Source: Candidatus Methylomirabilis limnetica (GTDB taxonomy: Bacteria; Methylomirabilota; Methylomirabilia; Methylomirabilales; Methylomirabilaceae). Taken from it: a DNA stretch of 32,000 nt. The stretch spans positions 90,001-122,000 of the forward strand of contig NZ_NVQC01000023.1 in assembly GCF_003044035.1 (NCBI RefSeq). The letters run 5' to 3'. A program made the position numbers and the translations under genes. Every line of letters starts with the position of its first letter. Position 1 is the stretch's first letter. Positions 7,234 through 15,540 of the stretch are shown here, in pieces. The notes beneath the pieces are model-generated. The model was not told where the DNA came from. It did no database searches and saw only the letters and a list, made by a program, of their open reading frames with translations.

Positions 7234-9777
7234 CTAGACCGGTGAATTGAGCAGCTTCTTTAGATCATCTCGCCAGTCACGATCCGCGTATTCTCCCTCG
7301 TCCAGGACTTGAAAGCGGAATGTCTCGTCCCGGAAGTCTTCCGCGAGTTTCTGCCAGGGGACTTTCTGGCCAACTTTTTGAAAGTAGCTGCCCACCGTCC
7401 GCTTGTAGGTTGTGTCTTCGTTTCCTTTGAGATGCTTGCCCTTGCTTTCGACCACAACCACAGAGGCAACCGGCTTTTTATTGTGACCCTGTTGAACCAC
7501 GAAATCCGGATAAATCTTATTCCGCTTGTAGCCTTGGATCGAGAAACAATCCACACCAACGAGATTTCGATACCACCACAGGACTTCGGGATGCTTGTCG
7601 AGATACAGTGCGACCGACTTCTCGTACTCATTGAGGTCGTCCGGCACGTAATCAAAGAGGGACCGTTGGACCGGCTCGTGATCGACATGTATCAGCTTCT
7701 TTGTTCCCCGTATCTCAATCTTGGGTGGAATTTCAAAGCGCCCTTCCACACATTCAAGATAGAAGCCGAGCCGTTTGTTTTTGAACAGCGCCTCGAACGC
7801 TTCTTGCGTTTGACGGTCCGTCCCACGCTGGATCAATCCGACAATCTTTTCACGCACCTCAAACTTAACCAGTCCCAACCGGCCTGAAAGCTCCGGGGTG
7901 AGCTGATACAGACGATCAGTCACCCGACTGACGATCTCCCGTAGCTGCTTCTGGCTGAAGTAATTAAACGGCAGGCTGGCTACCAACCAGGCCTTCACCT
8001 GCTCATCAGTCTCCAGGGTAACAGATTCGCGTTCCGCCACACGCTCAAGATCATCTTGTTCAAGGGTCAGGCGATAGATGGAATCCTTTGCCGCTTCGAT
8101 CGCTGCCGTCATGTTCCAATCTATTCCGGCGTAATCGAACCGTGTGACATCGACCTGACTGAGCAAATGCCGGAAATAGTCGAGGACATCGTACGTGTCT
8201 CCGTGCTTGACGCAAAAGCGGGGCAGATAAATCTTACCCTCGAACTCCCGATAGTAACGGCGGAATTCTTCACGAATAGTAGTCACGCGCTTCTGTCCGG
8301 CTTTGCCGTCGTCCGTACTGCGGTCAACGACGCTGGCCGCGTCGCCTTCGTAGCCCTCCTGTTCCAGCGCCTTCTTGACCTCACGAGAAATATCCGCCGC
8401 CTTTCGCCGCAAACAAAACACATAGCTCTCGTTCAGCTCGTCGAACGGCGTCCTCTCCACATACGGCTGCCGAAGCACCCGCCCTACCAGTTGGGTCATA
8501 CTCTGCTGGCTGCCGGTGTTGTTCAGGGAGACCAGGATATAGGCGAAGGGGCAATCCCATCCCTCCTGCAAGGCTGCCTTGGTGATAATCCATTCCACGC
8601 GGCATCCTTCGGCGAGGAGATCAATGCCCTCAATATCGTCAGTGTCCGAGGTCTTGATGGCGATGGCCGATTCATGGACACCCTCTCTCTGCATCAGATG
8701 TTGCTTCACGTCTTCGCTGTGGACGAAGCCGCTGTCCCGCTGGTCCTTCCCTGTCCGTTCGACTTGGACCAGCACGATCGGGCGAATGAGTTTCTCGCTT
8801 TCCCTGTAATGCTTCTCCGCGAGTTTCGCTAAGTGCTCTCTCTTTTCTCGCGCCTGCGTCAGGCAATTCTTCCAAGACGGCTGGTTGGCGTTGGCGATGT
8901 TGATCGGCAACTTGATCATCTGTTCACCAAGCAGTTCTTTGCCGGTTACCCGAACGAGGACGTTGGCTTCCTTATGTGGCGTGGCGGACAGTTCGACCAC
9001 CACTGAGGCATTGAATCCCTCAATGGTCTTCCGAGCGAGCTCGCTGGTGGCCTTGTGTCCTTCGTCCAAGATGACCGGCGGCTCGCAGAGACGGACCAAG
9101 TTGCCTAGCGAGGTTTTGACCAACCTCTCGTCCTGGTCGTCGTCATCCCCCAGCATGTCTAGGTTCAGGAACTGAACCTTGAGCGCCCCGTGCTTTTCTG
9201 GATCATTTTCGGGCGGGAAATGCTGGACGATGTTGCCCCCGCTATCGCGGAAGAACTTGAGCTGCTCGCGCGTCTCGCGGTTGGTACTGGCGAGTTTCAG
9301 GAGTAGGATATTTAGGTTGCTGCGTAACTGCCCCGGCGTCAGGCGAAAAATCTCGTGCTTTTCCCACACCTCAATACGGCGTGACAGCACGAACTCCAAT
9401 GATTCGCGATAGAAGTGCCTACGGTCGCGAAGCGCCTTGAGCGTGTCCTTGTATATCTGATCGCTGGGAACCACCCACAACACCAACCCAGAGCCGTTGC
9501 GGTTCTTCAGAATAGTTTGATAGACAAGCCCAAGAATCTGAGTAGCCAGTAAAGTCTTCCCGCCGCCGGTGGGTACCTTGATGCAACACGTAGGGAGGTC
9601 TTTTCCTAGACCGTTCTTGCGTGGTCGATACTCGCCGGGCAGATGAAACAGTTTCTTCGCTTTATCCCAAGCAGCCAAGGATGCGTACTGACTCCCGGCC
9701 GTTTGCTCCGAAGCCAACGCGTCCAGAAAGAGTTTAACTTCGCTTATGACGCGTTCCTGATAACGCTTCAGTTGCAT
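7234..9777 (-). CDS. res: Type III restriction enzyme Res subunit (SF2 helicase-nuclease)
   Basis: 847 aa. Helicase motifs are I VPTGGGKT, II ILDEGHK, III LSATP and VI QLVGRVLRQ. The C-terminal PD-(D/E)xK core is IYPDFVV...VVVESKGK. It lies directly downstream of a beta-class methyltransferase. Confidence 0.85.
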   Translation of the reverse strand: MQLKRYQERVISEVKLFLDALASEQTAGSQYASLAAWDKAKKLFHLPGEYRPRKNGLGKDLPTCCIKVPTGGGKTLLATQILGLVYQTILKNRNGSGLVLWVVPSDQIYKDTLKALRDRRHFYRESLEFVLSRRIEVWEKHEIFRLTPGQLRSNLNILLLKLASTNRETREQLKFFRDSGGNIVQHFPPENDPEKHGALKVQFLNLDMLGDDDDQDERLVKTSLGNLVRLCEPPVILDEGHKATSELARKTIEGFNASVVVELSATPHKEANVLVRVTGKELLGEQMIKLPINIANANQPSWKNCLTQAREKREHLAKLAEKHYRESEKLIRPIVLVQVERTGKDQRDSGFVHSEDVKQHLMQREGVHESAIAIKTSDTDDIEGIDLLAEGCRVEWIITKAALQEGWDCPFAYILVSLNNTGSQQSMTQLVGRVLRQPYVERTPFDELNESYVFCLRRKAADISREVKKALEQEGYEGDAASVVDRSTDDGKAGQKRVTTIREEFRRYYREFEGKIYLPRFCVKHGDTYDVLDYFRHLLSQVDVTRFDYAGIDWNMTAAIEAAKDSIYRLTLEQDDLERVAERESVTLETDEQVKAWLVASLPFNYFSQKQLREIVSRVTDRLYQLTPELSGRLGLVKFEVREKIVGLIQRGTDRQTQEAFEALFKNKRLGFYLECVEGRFEIPPKIEIRGTKKLIHVDHEPVQRSLFDYVPDDLNEYEKSVALYLDKHPEVLWWYRNLVGVDCFSIQGYKRNKIYPDFVVQQGHNKKPVASVVVVESKGKHLKGNEDTTYKRTVGSYFQKVGQKVPWQKLAEDFRDETFRFQVLDEGEYADRDWRDDLKKLLNSPV

Positions 9778-9787
9778 GAGAGGATTG

Positions 9788-11458
9788 CTACTTCAAGTTG
9801 AACGGGACAATCATGGGCCGCACCGTCCGCTTCGTTTTCTGCTCAAACTTCGCCAGGTCATCACGGTGCACCCAAATTTTCTCACAGTAAACCACCAAGC
9901 TCCTGTTCTTCTCCATCTTGTCGAGACCCTTGAGCCATTCCATGTCCAATCGGCGGTCTTCCTGACCGTCTGGAGTGTAGAGCAGATAGTAACTGGTCCC
10001 GTGATGTTCACCGATCTTCCCGGTTTTCTCGTTCATCGCCTTCCGGTCGAAGTCTCGGCTGGTCTCCGTATAAAAGATGTACTTGGCGAGATCGTCATAG
10101 CCGGGCAACTGCTTGCCCCAATCGCGGTATTCACCGAAGAGCGGTTTGCCGACGCAGACATAGGCGAAGGAGCCGCCTAGCCCCGTAACTTTTTCTTTCT
10201 TACCCTTCGGGCTCGTATACGTAAACCCCTGAATGACCCGCCGGACCCGCTCCGCTGTGATCTTCTGGCAGATGTTGAACTTGTTCTTCTCCTGCTCTTT
10301 CATTTCGTAGGGAATCTGAACAAGAATAAACCTCCGGTTGCCGCCGTCTTCCTCGTTCAGCCTCAATACTGCATGAGCGGTCGTTCCGGACCCGGCAAAA
10401 GAGTCAAGAACAAAATCGTCTCCCACGGCTACCTGTGCCACCAAGTCCCGAATAAGTAGAGACGGCTTCGGGAAAGGTAATACTGTACCGATCTGGTCTC
10501 CAAATATTTGCCGTATCTCTTCCGTTCCGTCGCTGGTAAAGACTCCGTCAATCACACTCGGGAATCCGAGAACGCCTGATTCCAGTTCTTTAAGGAACAC
10601 CTTCTCTCGTGGCCGTCCTCCTGCTTTTCGTGGCCAAAAGATTCTTTCTTCGGCAATCTTTTGGTCCATCGTCGTCTTACTGCAAATCCATCCTGTTGCC
10701 GGAGGACATCGATACACCTCTTTAGTTTTGGGGTTAACAAAGTCGTAGTGAAGATTGGGTCGCTGTTCTTTAGTCGCTTTGCCTAAAAGGCTACAGCTTG
10801 TCCAATCACCACGTGTATCCTTGTCAGGATTGGAATATTTCGTCTCACTACGCCTTTTTCCAAGAAGCCGACCATCCGAGGATTTCCGATACGCCAGGAT
10901 GTATTCGTGGTCAACCGAAACTCCCGTTTTGGGTCGAGTGTCCGGGAAGTTTCTCGATTTCCAAATAAGCACACCCAGCCTGTTTTCTGGGCCGAAAATC
11001 TCATCCATCATCATCCGCAGATTGTGGACTTCGTTATCGTCGATACTGATGAATATGGCCCCATCGTCGCGAAGAAGTTCCTTCAATAGCTGGAGGCGCG
11101 GATACATCATGCAGCACCACTTATCGTGGCGAGTAGCGTCCTCTCCCTCTTTGCCCACCGCTCGCCCTATCCACTCTTTGAACTGCGGCTGAGTGAGGTT
11201 GTCGTTATAGACCCACCCTTCATTGCCGGTATTGTATGGCGGATCAATATAGATACACTTGATCCGTCCCGCGTGGGTGGGAAGAAGGGCCTTTAAGGCG
11301 ATGAGGTTGTCACCCTCGATGATGAGGTTGCCGTCGAGTGCTGGCTTCTCGCCCTTCCCTAGGACCGACAGCTTGGCGTCGAACTCCAGGGTATGGTGCG
11401 AAATCGTGTGGTGATAGCACTCAATCGCGGTCTTCCCTTTGAACTGCAAAACCGGCAT
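9788..11458 (-). CDS. mod: Type III R-M Mod subunit (beta-class N6-adenine/N4-cytosine DNA methyltransferase)
   Basis: 556 aa. Catalytic motif IV is IYIDPPYNTGN (aa ~70). After ~280 aa (the presumed target-recognition region) comes SAM motif I, FVLDSFAGSGTT. The N-terminal LIIEGDNLIALKALLP is typical of Mod proteins. The mod-then-res order has a 10-nt gap. Confidence 0.9.
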   Translation of the reverse strand: MPVLQFKGKTAIECYHHTISHHTLEFDAKLSVLGKGEKPALDGNLIIEGDNLIALKALLPTHAGRIKCIYIDPPYNTGNEGWVYNDNLTQPQFKEWIGRAVGKEGEDATRHDKWCCMMYPRLQLLKELLRDDGAIFISIDDNEVHNLRMMMDEIFGPENRLGVLIWKSRNFPDTRPKTGVSVDHEYILAYRKSSDGRLLGKRRSETKYSNPDKDTRGDWTSCSLLGKATKEQRPNLHYDFVNPKTKEVYRCPPATGWICSKTTMDQKIAEERIFWPRKAGGRPREKVFLKELESGVLGFPSVIDGVFTSDGTEEIRQIFGDQIGTVLPFPKPSLLIRDLVAQVAVGDDFVLDSFAGSGTTAHAVLRLNEEDGGNRRFILVQIPYEMKEQEKNKFNICQKITAERVRRVIQGFTYTSPKGKKEKVTGLGGSFAYVCVGKPLFGEYRDWGKQLPGYDDLAKYIFYTETSRDFDRKAMNEKTGKIGEHHGTSYYLLYTPDGQEDRRLDMEWLKGLDKMEKNRSLVVYCEKIWVHRDDLAKFEQKTKRTVRPMIVPFNLK

Positions 11459-11529
11459 CTGTCGTTGGACTCCTATGAGTTTGCTAGGGGAATGGGTGGA
11501 GGCTAGACCACGGCTAACTATCCGTCAAG

Positions 11530-11566
11530 CAAAAACAAAAAGGCTCGAATCGTTCCTAGTCGAACC
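11530..11566 (-). terminator. Rho-independent terminator upstream of the mod promoter region
   Basis: The minus-strand RNA folds as GGUUCGA-cuaggaacgau-UCGAGCC (7 bp, one G-U pair), followed by UUUUUGUUUUUG. A TTGACG hexamer (11528-11523) comes immediately after. Confidence 0.6.
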
Positions 11567-11870
11567 TTCGCGAGAGGTTGAGGGTCAGGTTTTGACGTTA
11601 ACAATTGAAGTCCCTCACGTGAATAAACGGCCCTTATCCGTCCTCGCTCCCAATTCAGATGCGACTCCACCGCTCCCTGCCCGTTGGCCCATCTGCTCCC
11701 GTCGCCTCGCACGGTTCCGTCTGCCGAACGCCAAGTCGTCCGCTGCCCCAGGTATCGGTCACGCTGAGGAGATTACCGTTGAGATCGTACCCGAATTGGG
11801 TGAAACCGTTCAAGGGATCGTCGATGGCCCGAGCAATAAGTCAACACTCAAGTCTGACCCCGAATTTCTG
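11567..11870 (-). pseudogene. Decayed Rhs/YD-repeat protein fragment
   Basis: The minus strand reads ..DPLNGFTQFGYDLNGNLLSVTD in one frame. After a -1/+1 shift it continues LGQRTTWRSADGTVRGDGSRWANGQGAVESHLNWERGRIRAVYSREG. This matches the YD-repeat pattern (YxYDxxGNLxSVTDxxGxxTxY..DxxGR). It has no start codon and is split over two frames. Confidence 0.4.
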
Positions 11871-11933
11871 ACCCCTGTGTGATTGCAAGACCTGTCCCTC
11901 TAACCTCCGATCGATTTCGGCCGGGTCCGAATC

Positions 11934-14360
11934 CTATCGCCCGTGGCAGGCTTTATATTTCCTCCCGGAGCCGCACGGACAATGCTCATTCCTGCCAATC
12001 TTCCGCGACGAGGTCGCATGTATGACTTGCTGCTCGATGTGTGACCGGCCTCGAGAGAGCTCCGCTTCGGAGAAAGTGCTAGGCGTTATGATGCGAATCT
12101 TTCTTATGAGATAGGTGCTCTGATTCTTTAGTTGGACCACAAGCCATCTGGTGCTGCCGCCTTGTCGCATCCGCGCAGCGCACCTGACCAGTTCCTCATT
12201 GAAGTTGTTTTCCGAGGCATGGGTGACACTCAGCCCGATTGAGTTGCTGCTGAACGGCAGATGGAGACTTGGCTGTCTGCTTGCACTCCGTCTGCCCTCT
12301 AGAGCTACGAGATTCGCTTCGAACTCGTCTCTGCCTTCTTGGCCCATAGAAAAGAGGATCGAGGCGACCTCGAATCTCCCAGGCAAGCGAGATGTACTTA
12401 GTGCTTCTAAGAAGCCGCTCATCTTTGGGGGTAGGTTCTGTTCCGGAACGCGTGGAGACTCGCCGGCGTAACGTGCAGCAAAATAGAAGTCGATGTGCTT
12501 CATATAGGAAGGATCAAACGACATGTGATCCATTCCTCTGATGGGCAGCTCGTGGTATTGGTTCAGCTTCTGATAGAGGGCGACATGCTCTATTTCGTCA
12601 TGCTGCGACATGACGGTCTCTGATGATGCCTGGAGTCGCTGCTCCAAGAAATGCACGAACTGGAGATCCTTACCAATAAAGAGCTCGGCGACGATTCGAA
12701 GGTCATCAATTGATATGTGCCACGGAAAGGACTTACTGAGTCCCGGGTCGAGGATGGATAGCACAGCGATCTTGGCGCCGACCCAACCAAGGAACTCTCG
12801 GGTAACTACAACCCGAAAGACTCTCCGGTAGTCGGCGATGCGCAGTCTATGTACGACGTTCTTTCCTGACTCATCGTAGAAGACAGTTTCGGGTTGGGAC
12901 TTGATGTAACGCTCAGCTCTTTCTGATTGACGCTGGCCCGCGATGATCAGGTCAGAAAGATCGCTCGCTAGGCTTTTCGGGGCGCCTCGGCTCGCCGCGC
13001 CCGACAGGCCGCCGGATTTGACTTCGACGAGAAAGAGAAGATCATCGACGCCCAACATGATGTCTAATTCGGTCAGGTCGCCAGGACGGTCGGGATTCGG
13101 ATAATAGACCTGCTCAAAGACAAAATCCGGTCGAAGCACACTACTCAAGAGCTCCTTCGATACCTTCTCGATGTGATCCGAATGTTTCTTCGCCATCATC
13201 GTGCCGTCGCCAGCTCTCTTGCTGAGAAGGTCTCCTTCAATGATCTCGGCAATGCGATCTTCGAATCCTGAGTGATAGAACGAATAGAACCGATCGCCGA
13301 CCTGGAGAAACGGCTTGAAGTGCCAAAGGGAGTCGGACAACGGACTCAGGTCATCGTGCTTTGTTAGCGTCGGATCTCGGAGAACTGCTTCTCCTGGCCT
13401 GACTGACAACGTCGATAGAAGTGATCTCGGAAGCGACGTCAAATCGGTTATGTCGAAGATTGCCGGCGTGAAAGTTAGTCGAGCTTTCTCTTGCGCCTCG
13501 GTATGAGCGTCTGCAAACTCGGGTGACGCAACCGCTTGTCTGGTGCGCTCCATGTTCTCTTCCGTGGCGTCTGAGTCCACGGCATACCCTTTCTCTCTGA
13601 GGCGCTCCATCAGGGCATTCGTAGCGCTCATGGCGTCGGCGTATCTGCCCAGCACTCCTGTCTTTTGATACTCCTCGAGGGCCTGTAGTCCGTGCATCAG
13701 GTCCTCGACGCTAATTCCATAGAGCTTCTTGATCCACGGCTCGTAGGGAAACAGTGAGTCTTTCCAATAGTCCCGAAGGAAGAAGGGATAGCGTTGGACC
13801 CGGATCGCTAGCCTAGCCGTGTCCAAATGAAATCGAAGGTCGTCGATTTCAGAAGGCGGAGTCGCCTCAGTCCTTCTTGTAAAGAGATACTGTTGTGTTA
13901 GACGCAGGACATCGAGCGTGAGCGACCAGACCGCCTCCCACTCTTCCTCAGTCGGCTCAGCCCCGGTCGTGTTCGCTTCTGTTCGCGCGATCAGGTACTG
14001 CAAATACTCCACGCCCGGCAGAGAGAATGACTCTTCAGGACCAAACTCGTTCTCAGAGCGGTACTTCAAGAATAGAGGCAGCAGCACGTAGGCGGCGCGG
14101 TGCAGCAGCAGAACAGCATCGTACTTGTGGATCAGGTCCTGGAGGTTGCCAACTTTCTCTGCCAGCTCCTCGTGAATTCTCCTGTTCGCGTCCGCCGCTC
14201 TCCTCAGAAACTCGCGGTGCTCTTCCGGGGTCGACTGGTTCGAGAGCAAAACACTTCGCCCATAGCGGGCGATACTCAGTGGCCCACGGCTAACAACTTC
14301 ATCGGGCGTTGGGCGAATCCACTTCGTTCTGCCCTTTTTTCGGCTGCTCTTCTTTCCCAT
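11934..14360 (-). CDS. Uncharacterised 808-aa protein: central NERD/PD-(D/E)xK-like nuclease core plus C-terminal SEC-C zinc-binding motif
   Basis: It is a long uninterrupted ORF. Residues ~431-450 read ELDIMLGVDDLLFLVEVKSG (D..13 aa..ExK, NERD-like; nt ~13017-13075). The C-terminus CPCGSGRKYKACHGR is a canonical SEC-C motif (nt ~11937-11981). The N-terminus is basic (KKSSRKKGRTK). I recognise no other domain. Confidence 0.8.
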   Translation of the reverse strand: MGKKSSRKKGRTKWIRPTPDEVVSRGPLSIARYGRSVLLSNQSTPEEHREFLRRAADANRRIHEELAEKVGNLQDLIHKYDAVLLLHRAAYVLLPLFLKYRSENEFGPEESFSLPGVEYLQYLIARTEANTTGAEPTEEEWEAVWSLTLDVLRLTQQYLFTRRTEATPPSEIDDLRFHLDTARLAIRVQRYPFFLRDYWKDSLFPYEPWIKKLYGISVEDLMHGLQALEEYQKTGVLGRYADAMSATNALMERLREKGYAVDSDATEENMERTRQAVASPEFADAHTEAQEKARLTFTPAIFDITDLTSLPRSLLSTLSVRPGEAVLRDPTLTKHDDLSPLSDSLWHFKPFLQVGDRFYSFYHSGFEDRIAEIIEGDLLSKRAGDGTMMAKKHSDHIEKVSKELLSSVLRPDFVFEQVYYPNPDRPGDLTELDIMLGVDDLLFLVEVKSGGLSGAASRGAPKSLASDLSDLIIAGQRQSERAERYIKSQPETVFYDESGKNVVHRLRIADYRRVFRVVVTREFLGWVGAKIAVLSILDPGLSKSFPWHISIDDLRIVAELFIGKDLQFVHFLEQRLQASSETVMSQHDEIEHVALYQKLNQYHELPIRGMDHMSFDPSYMKHIDFYFAARYAGESPRVPEQNLPPKMSGFLEALSTSRLPGRFEVASILFSMGQEGRDEFEANLVALEGRRSASRQPSLHLPFSSNSIGLSVTHASENNFNEELVRCAARMRQGGSTRWLVVQLKNQSTYLIRKIRIITPSTFSEAELSRGRSHIEQQVIHATSSRKIGRNEHCPCGSGRKYKACHGR

Positions 14361-14471
14361 GAGGTCTCAAATCAGAATTATCAGAGAAGCCGTGGAGTTG
14401 CACAAAGAAAGGGGGAGGCTAGGCAACATATCGTGTAGCCAGGGGTCAGCCCCCATAATCTTGTGAGTTTG

Positions 14472-14921
14472 TCAGTTCTTGACCTCCAATTCGCGTAACG
14501 GCACGACAATGCTATGACCCCTCAGCTTTTTCACCATGACCTCGTCGGCAGTGATGAGCGGGTATCCCAGTTGCTCACCAAGAGCCACATAGAGGGCGTC
14601 ATAGATGGTGATCTTGTAGGCCCAGGCAATGGCGTTGGCTTTACGCAGTAGTTGAAAATCAGTATCTGTGACATTGAGGTGTAACCCTTCAAGCCCGGCT
14701 ATGGCTCTTGCTCCATGCTCCTCCTTGGCCCTTGAACCGAAGCGGATCGCGTTGAGAACCTCCAAGAAGGTGAGTTCCGTCACATAGATGGTGCAGCGCC
14801 CTGATACATGGAACTCTTTGAGCGCCAGAGCCCGGTCTCGGTCAGGTTCATCGTGCTCAACAAACCATTTAATGAGAACCGACGCATCTACCACGTAACC
14901 CTGGTGATATGCGGGTATCAT
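14472..14921 (-). CDS. vapC: VapC-type PIN-domain toxin
   Basis: The start was reassigned to MIPAYHQGYVVDASV.., whose ATG overlaps the vapB stop as ATGA (14918-14921). PIN acidic residues are present: VVDAS, FLEV, IYDAL and ITADE. Confidence 0.85.
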   Translation of the reverse strand: MIPAYHQGYVVDASVLIKWFVEHDEPDRDRALALKEFHVSGRCTIYVTELTFLEVLNAIRFGSRAKEEHGARAIAGLEGLHLNVTDTDFQLLRKANAIAWAYKITIYDALYVALGEQLGYPLITADEVMVKKLRGHSIVVPLRELEVKN

Positions 14922-15190
14922 CGATCTCCCTTTAAATTTGTATCGCGGAAGCGGCGAATGATCGCTACGGGATCCCAATCCCCAAGCTCTTTAGCCAGGT
15001 CATCAATCCTATGGGAGGCCTCCTGCATCTTCTCCCGCTTTTCCTCTTCTTCCCGCTTCTTCCGTTTCGCCTGCAAGTATTCTTCTAGCGCAGCCTGAAT
15101 GAGAGCGCTGCGATTGGTTCCCTCATCTTTCGCCTCCTCGTTGATCTCATCGAGCAATGCATCTTTCAAGAAAACGTTTACGCGTGCCAT
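14918..15190 (-). CDS. vapB: Ribbon-helix-helix (CopG/VapB-like) antitoxin
   Basis: 90 aa. The N-terminal MARVNVFLKDALLDEINEEAKDEGTNRSALIQAALEEYL is a typical RHH fold pattern. AGGAGG lies 6 nt upstream of the ATG. The gene is translationally coupled to vapC. Confidence 0.8.
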   Translation of the reverse strand: MARVNVFLKDALLDEINEEAKDEGTNRSALIQAALEEYLQAKRKKREEEEKREKMQEASHRIDDLAKELGDWDPVAIIRRFRDTNLKGDR

Positions 15191-15196
15191 GACGCA

Positions 15197-15239
15197 CCTC
15201 CTATAACATCACTAAAGCACATCACCGATGTGTTGTCAA
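15197..15239 (-). promoter_or_regulatory. vapBC promoter with a palindromic operator between -35 and -10
   Basis: On the minus strand there is TTGACA (15239-15234), a 17-nt spacer, TTTAGT (15216-11), then AGGAGG. The spacer contains the perfect inverted repeat CACATC-acc-GATGTG (15218-15232), a plausible antitoxin binding site. Confidence 0.45.
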
Positions 15240-15339
15240 GTATGTTTTAGTGCGACAATCCCTTATTTAAGAAATGCTTAGTGATATCAAGAAGTTGAGA
15301 GAGGGGCGAGGAAAGAATTGCGTAATCGTGACCGTGCAA

Positions 15340-15540
15340 CTACATCCGTTCGGGAGCGGAGACGCCCAGCAACCCAAGCGCGTTGGCCATGACCACGCGA
15401 AGGGCAGCCACCAGCGCCAGGCGAGCGCGCGTGAGATTCCTATCGGCGGAGATAATGCGATGGCGGGTATAGTAGCCATGAAACTGCGCGGCGAGGTCGT
15501 GCAGATAGGTGGTGAGTCTGTGCGGCTCCAGCGCCTGCGC
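15340..15540. repeat. Right direct repeat of the island (the functional 3' end of argS)
   Basis: See 7024-7226. Identity is roughly 90% by manual alignment. Confidence 0.85.

Larger units (their letters stand above)
7024..15540. mobile_element. Genomic (defence) island integrated at the argS 3' end, bounded by ~200-bp direct repeats; no integrase retained
   Basis: Direct repeats lie at 7024-7226 and 15340-15540. The contents are all accessory: Type III R-M, Rhs fragment, SEC-C/NERD-like protein and vapBC. The interior looks less GC-rich than the flanks. Confidence 0.65.

Noticed and set aside
8056-8832. 258-aa plus-strand ORF, with similar ORFs at 7309-7887, 9776-10180 and 10755-11192
   Set aside because: All are antisense to the res and mod genes, which have complete motif sets. 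They are shadow ORFs.
11439-11882. 147-aa plus-strand ORF in the spacer between the 808-aa gene and mod
   Set aside because: It overlaps the mod start, has no RBS and no motifs. The opposite strand shows a YD-repeat remnant and a clear terminator, which explain the region better.
7227-15339. Search for an integrase, excisionase or transposase gene, or a tRNA, at the island borders
   Set aside because: None was found on either strand. Every ORF over 60 aa inside the island is either one of the five annotated genes or antisense to them. The island is therefore called from its direct repeats and cargo only.
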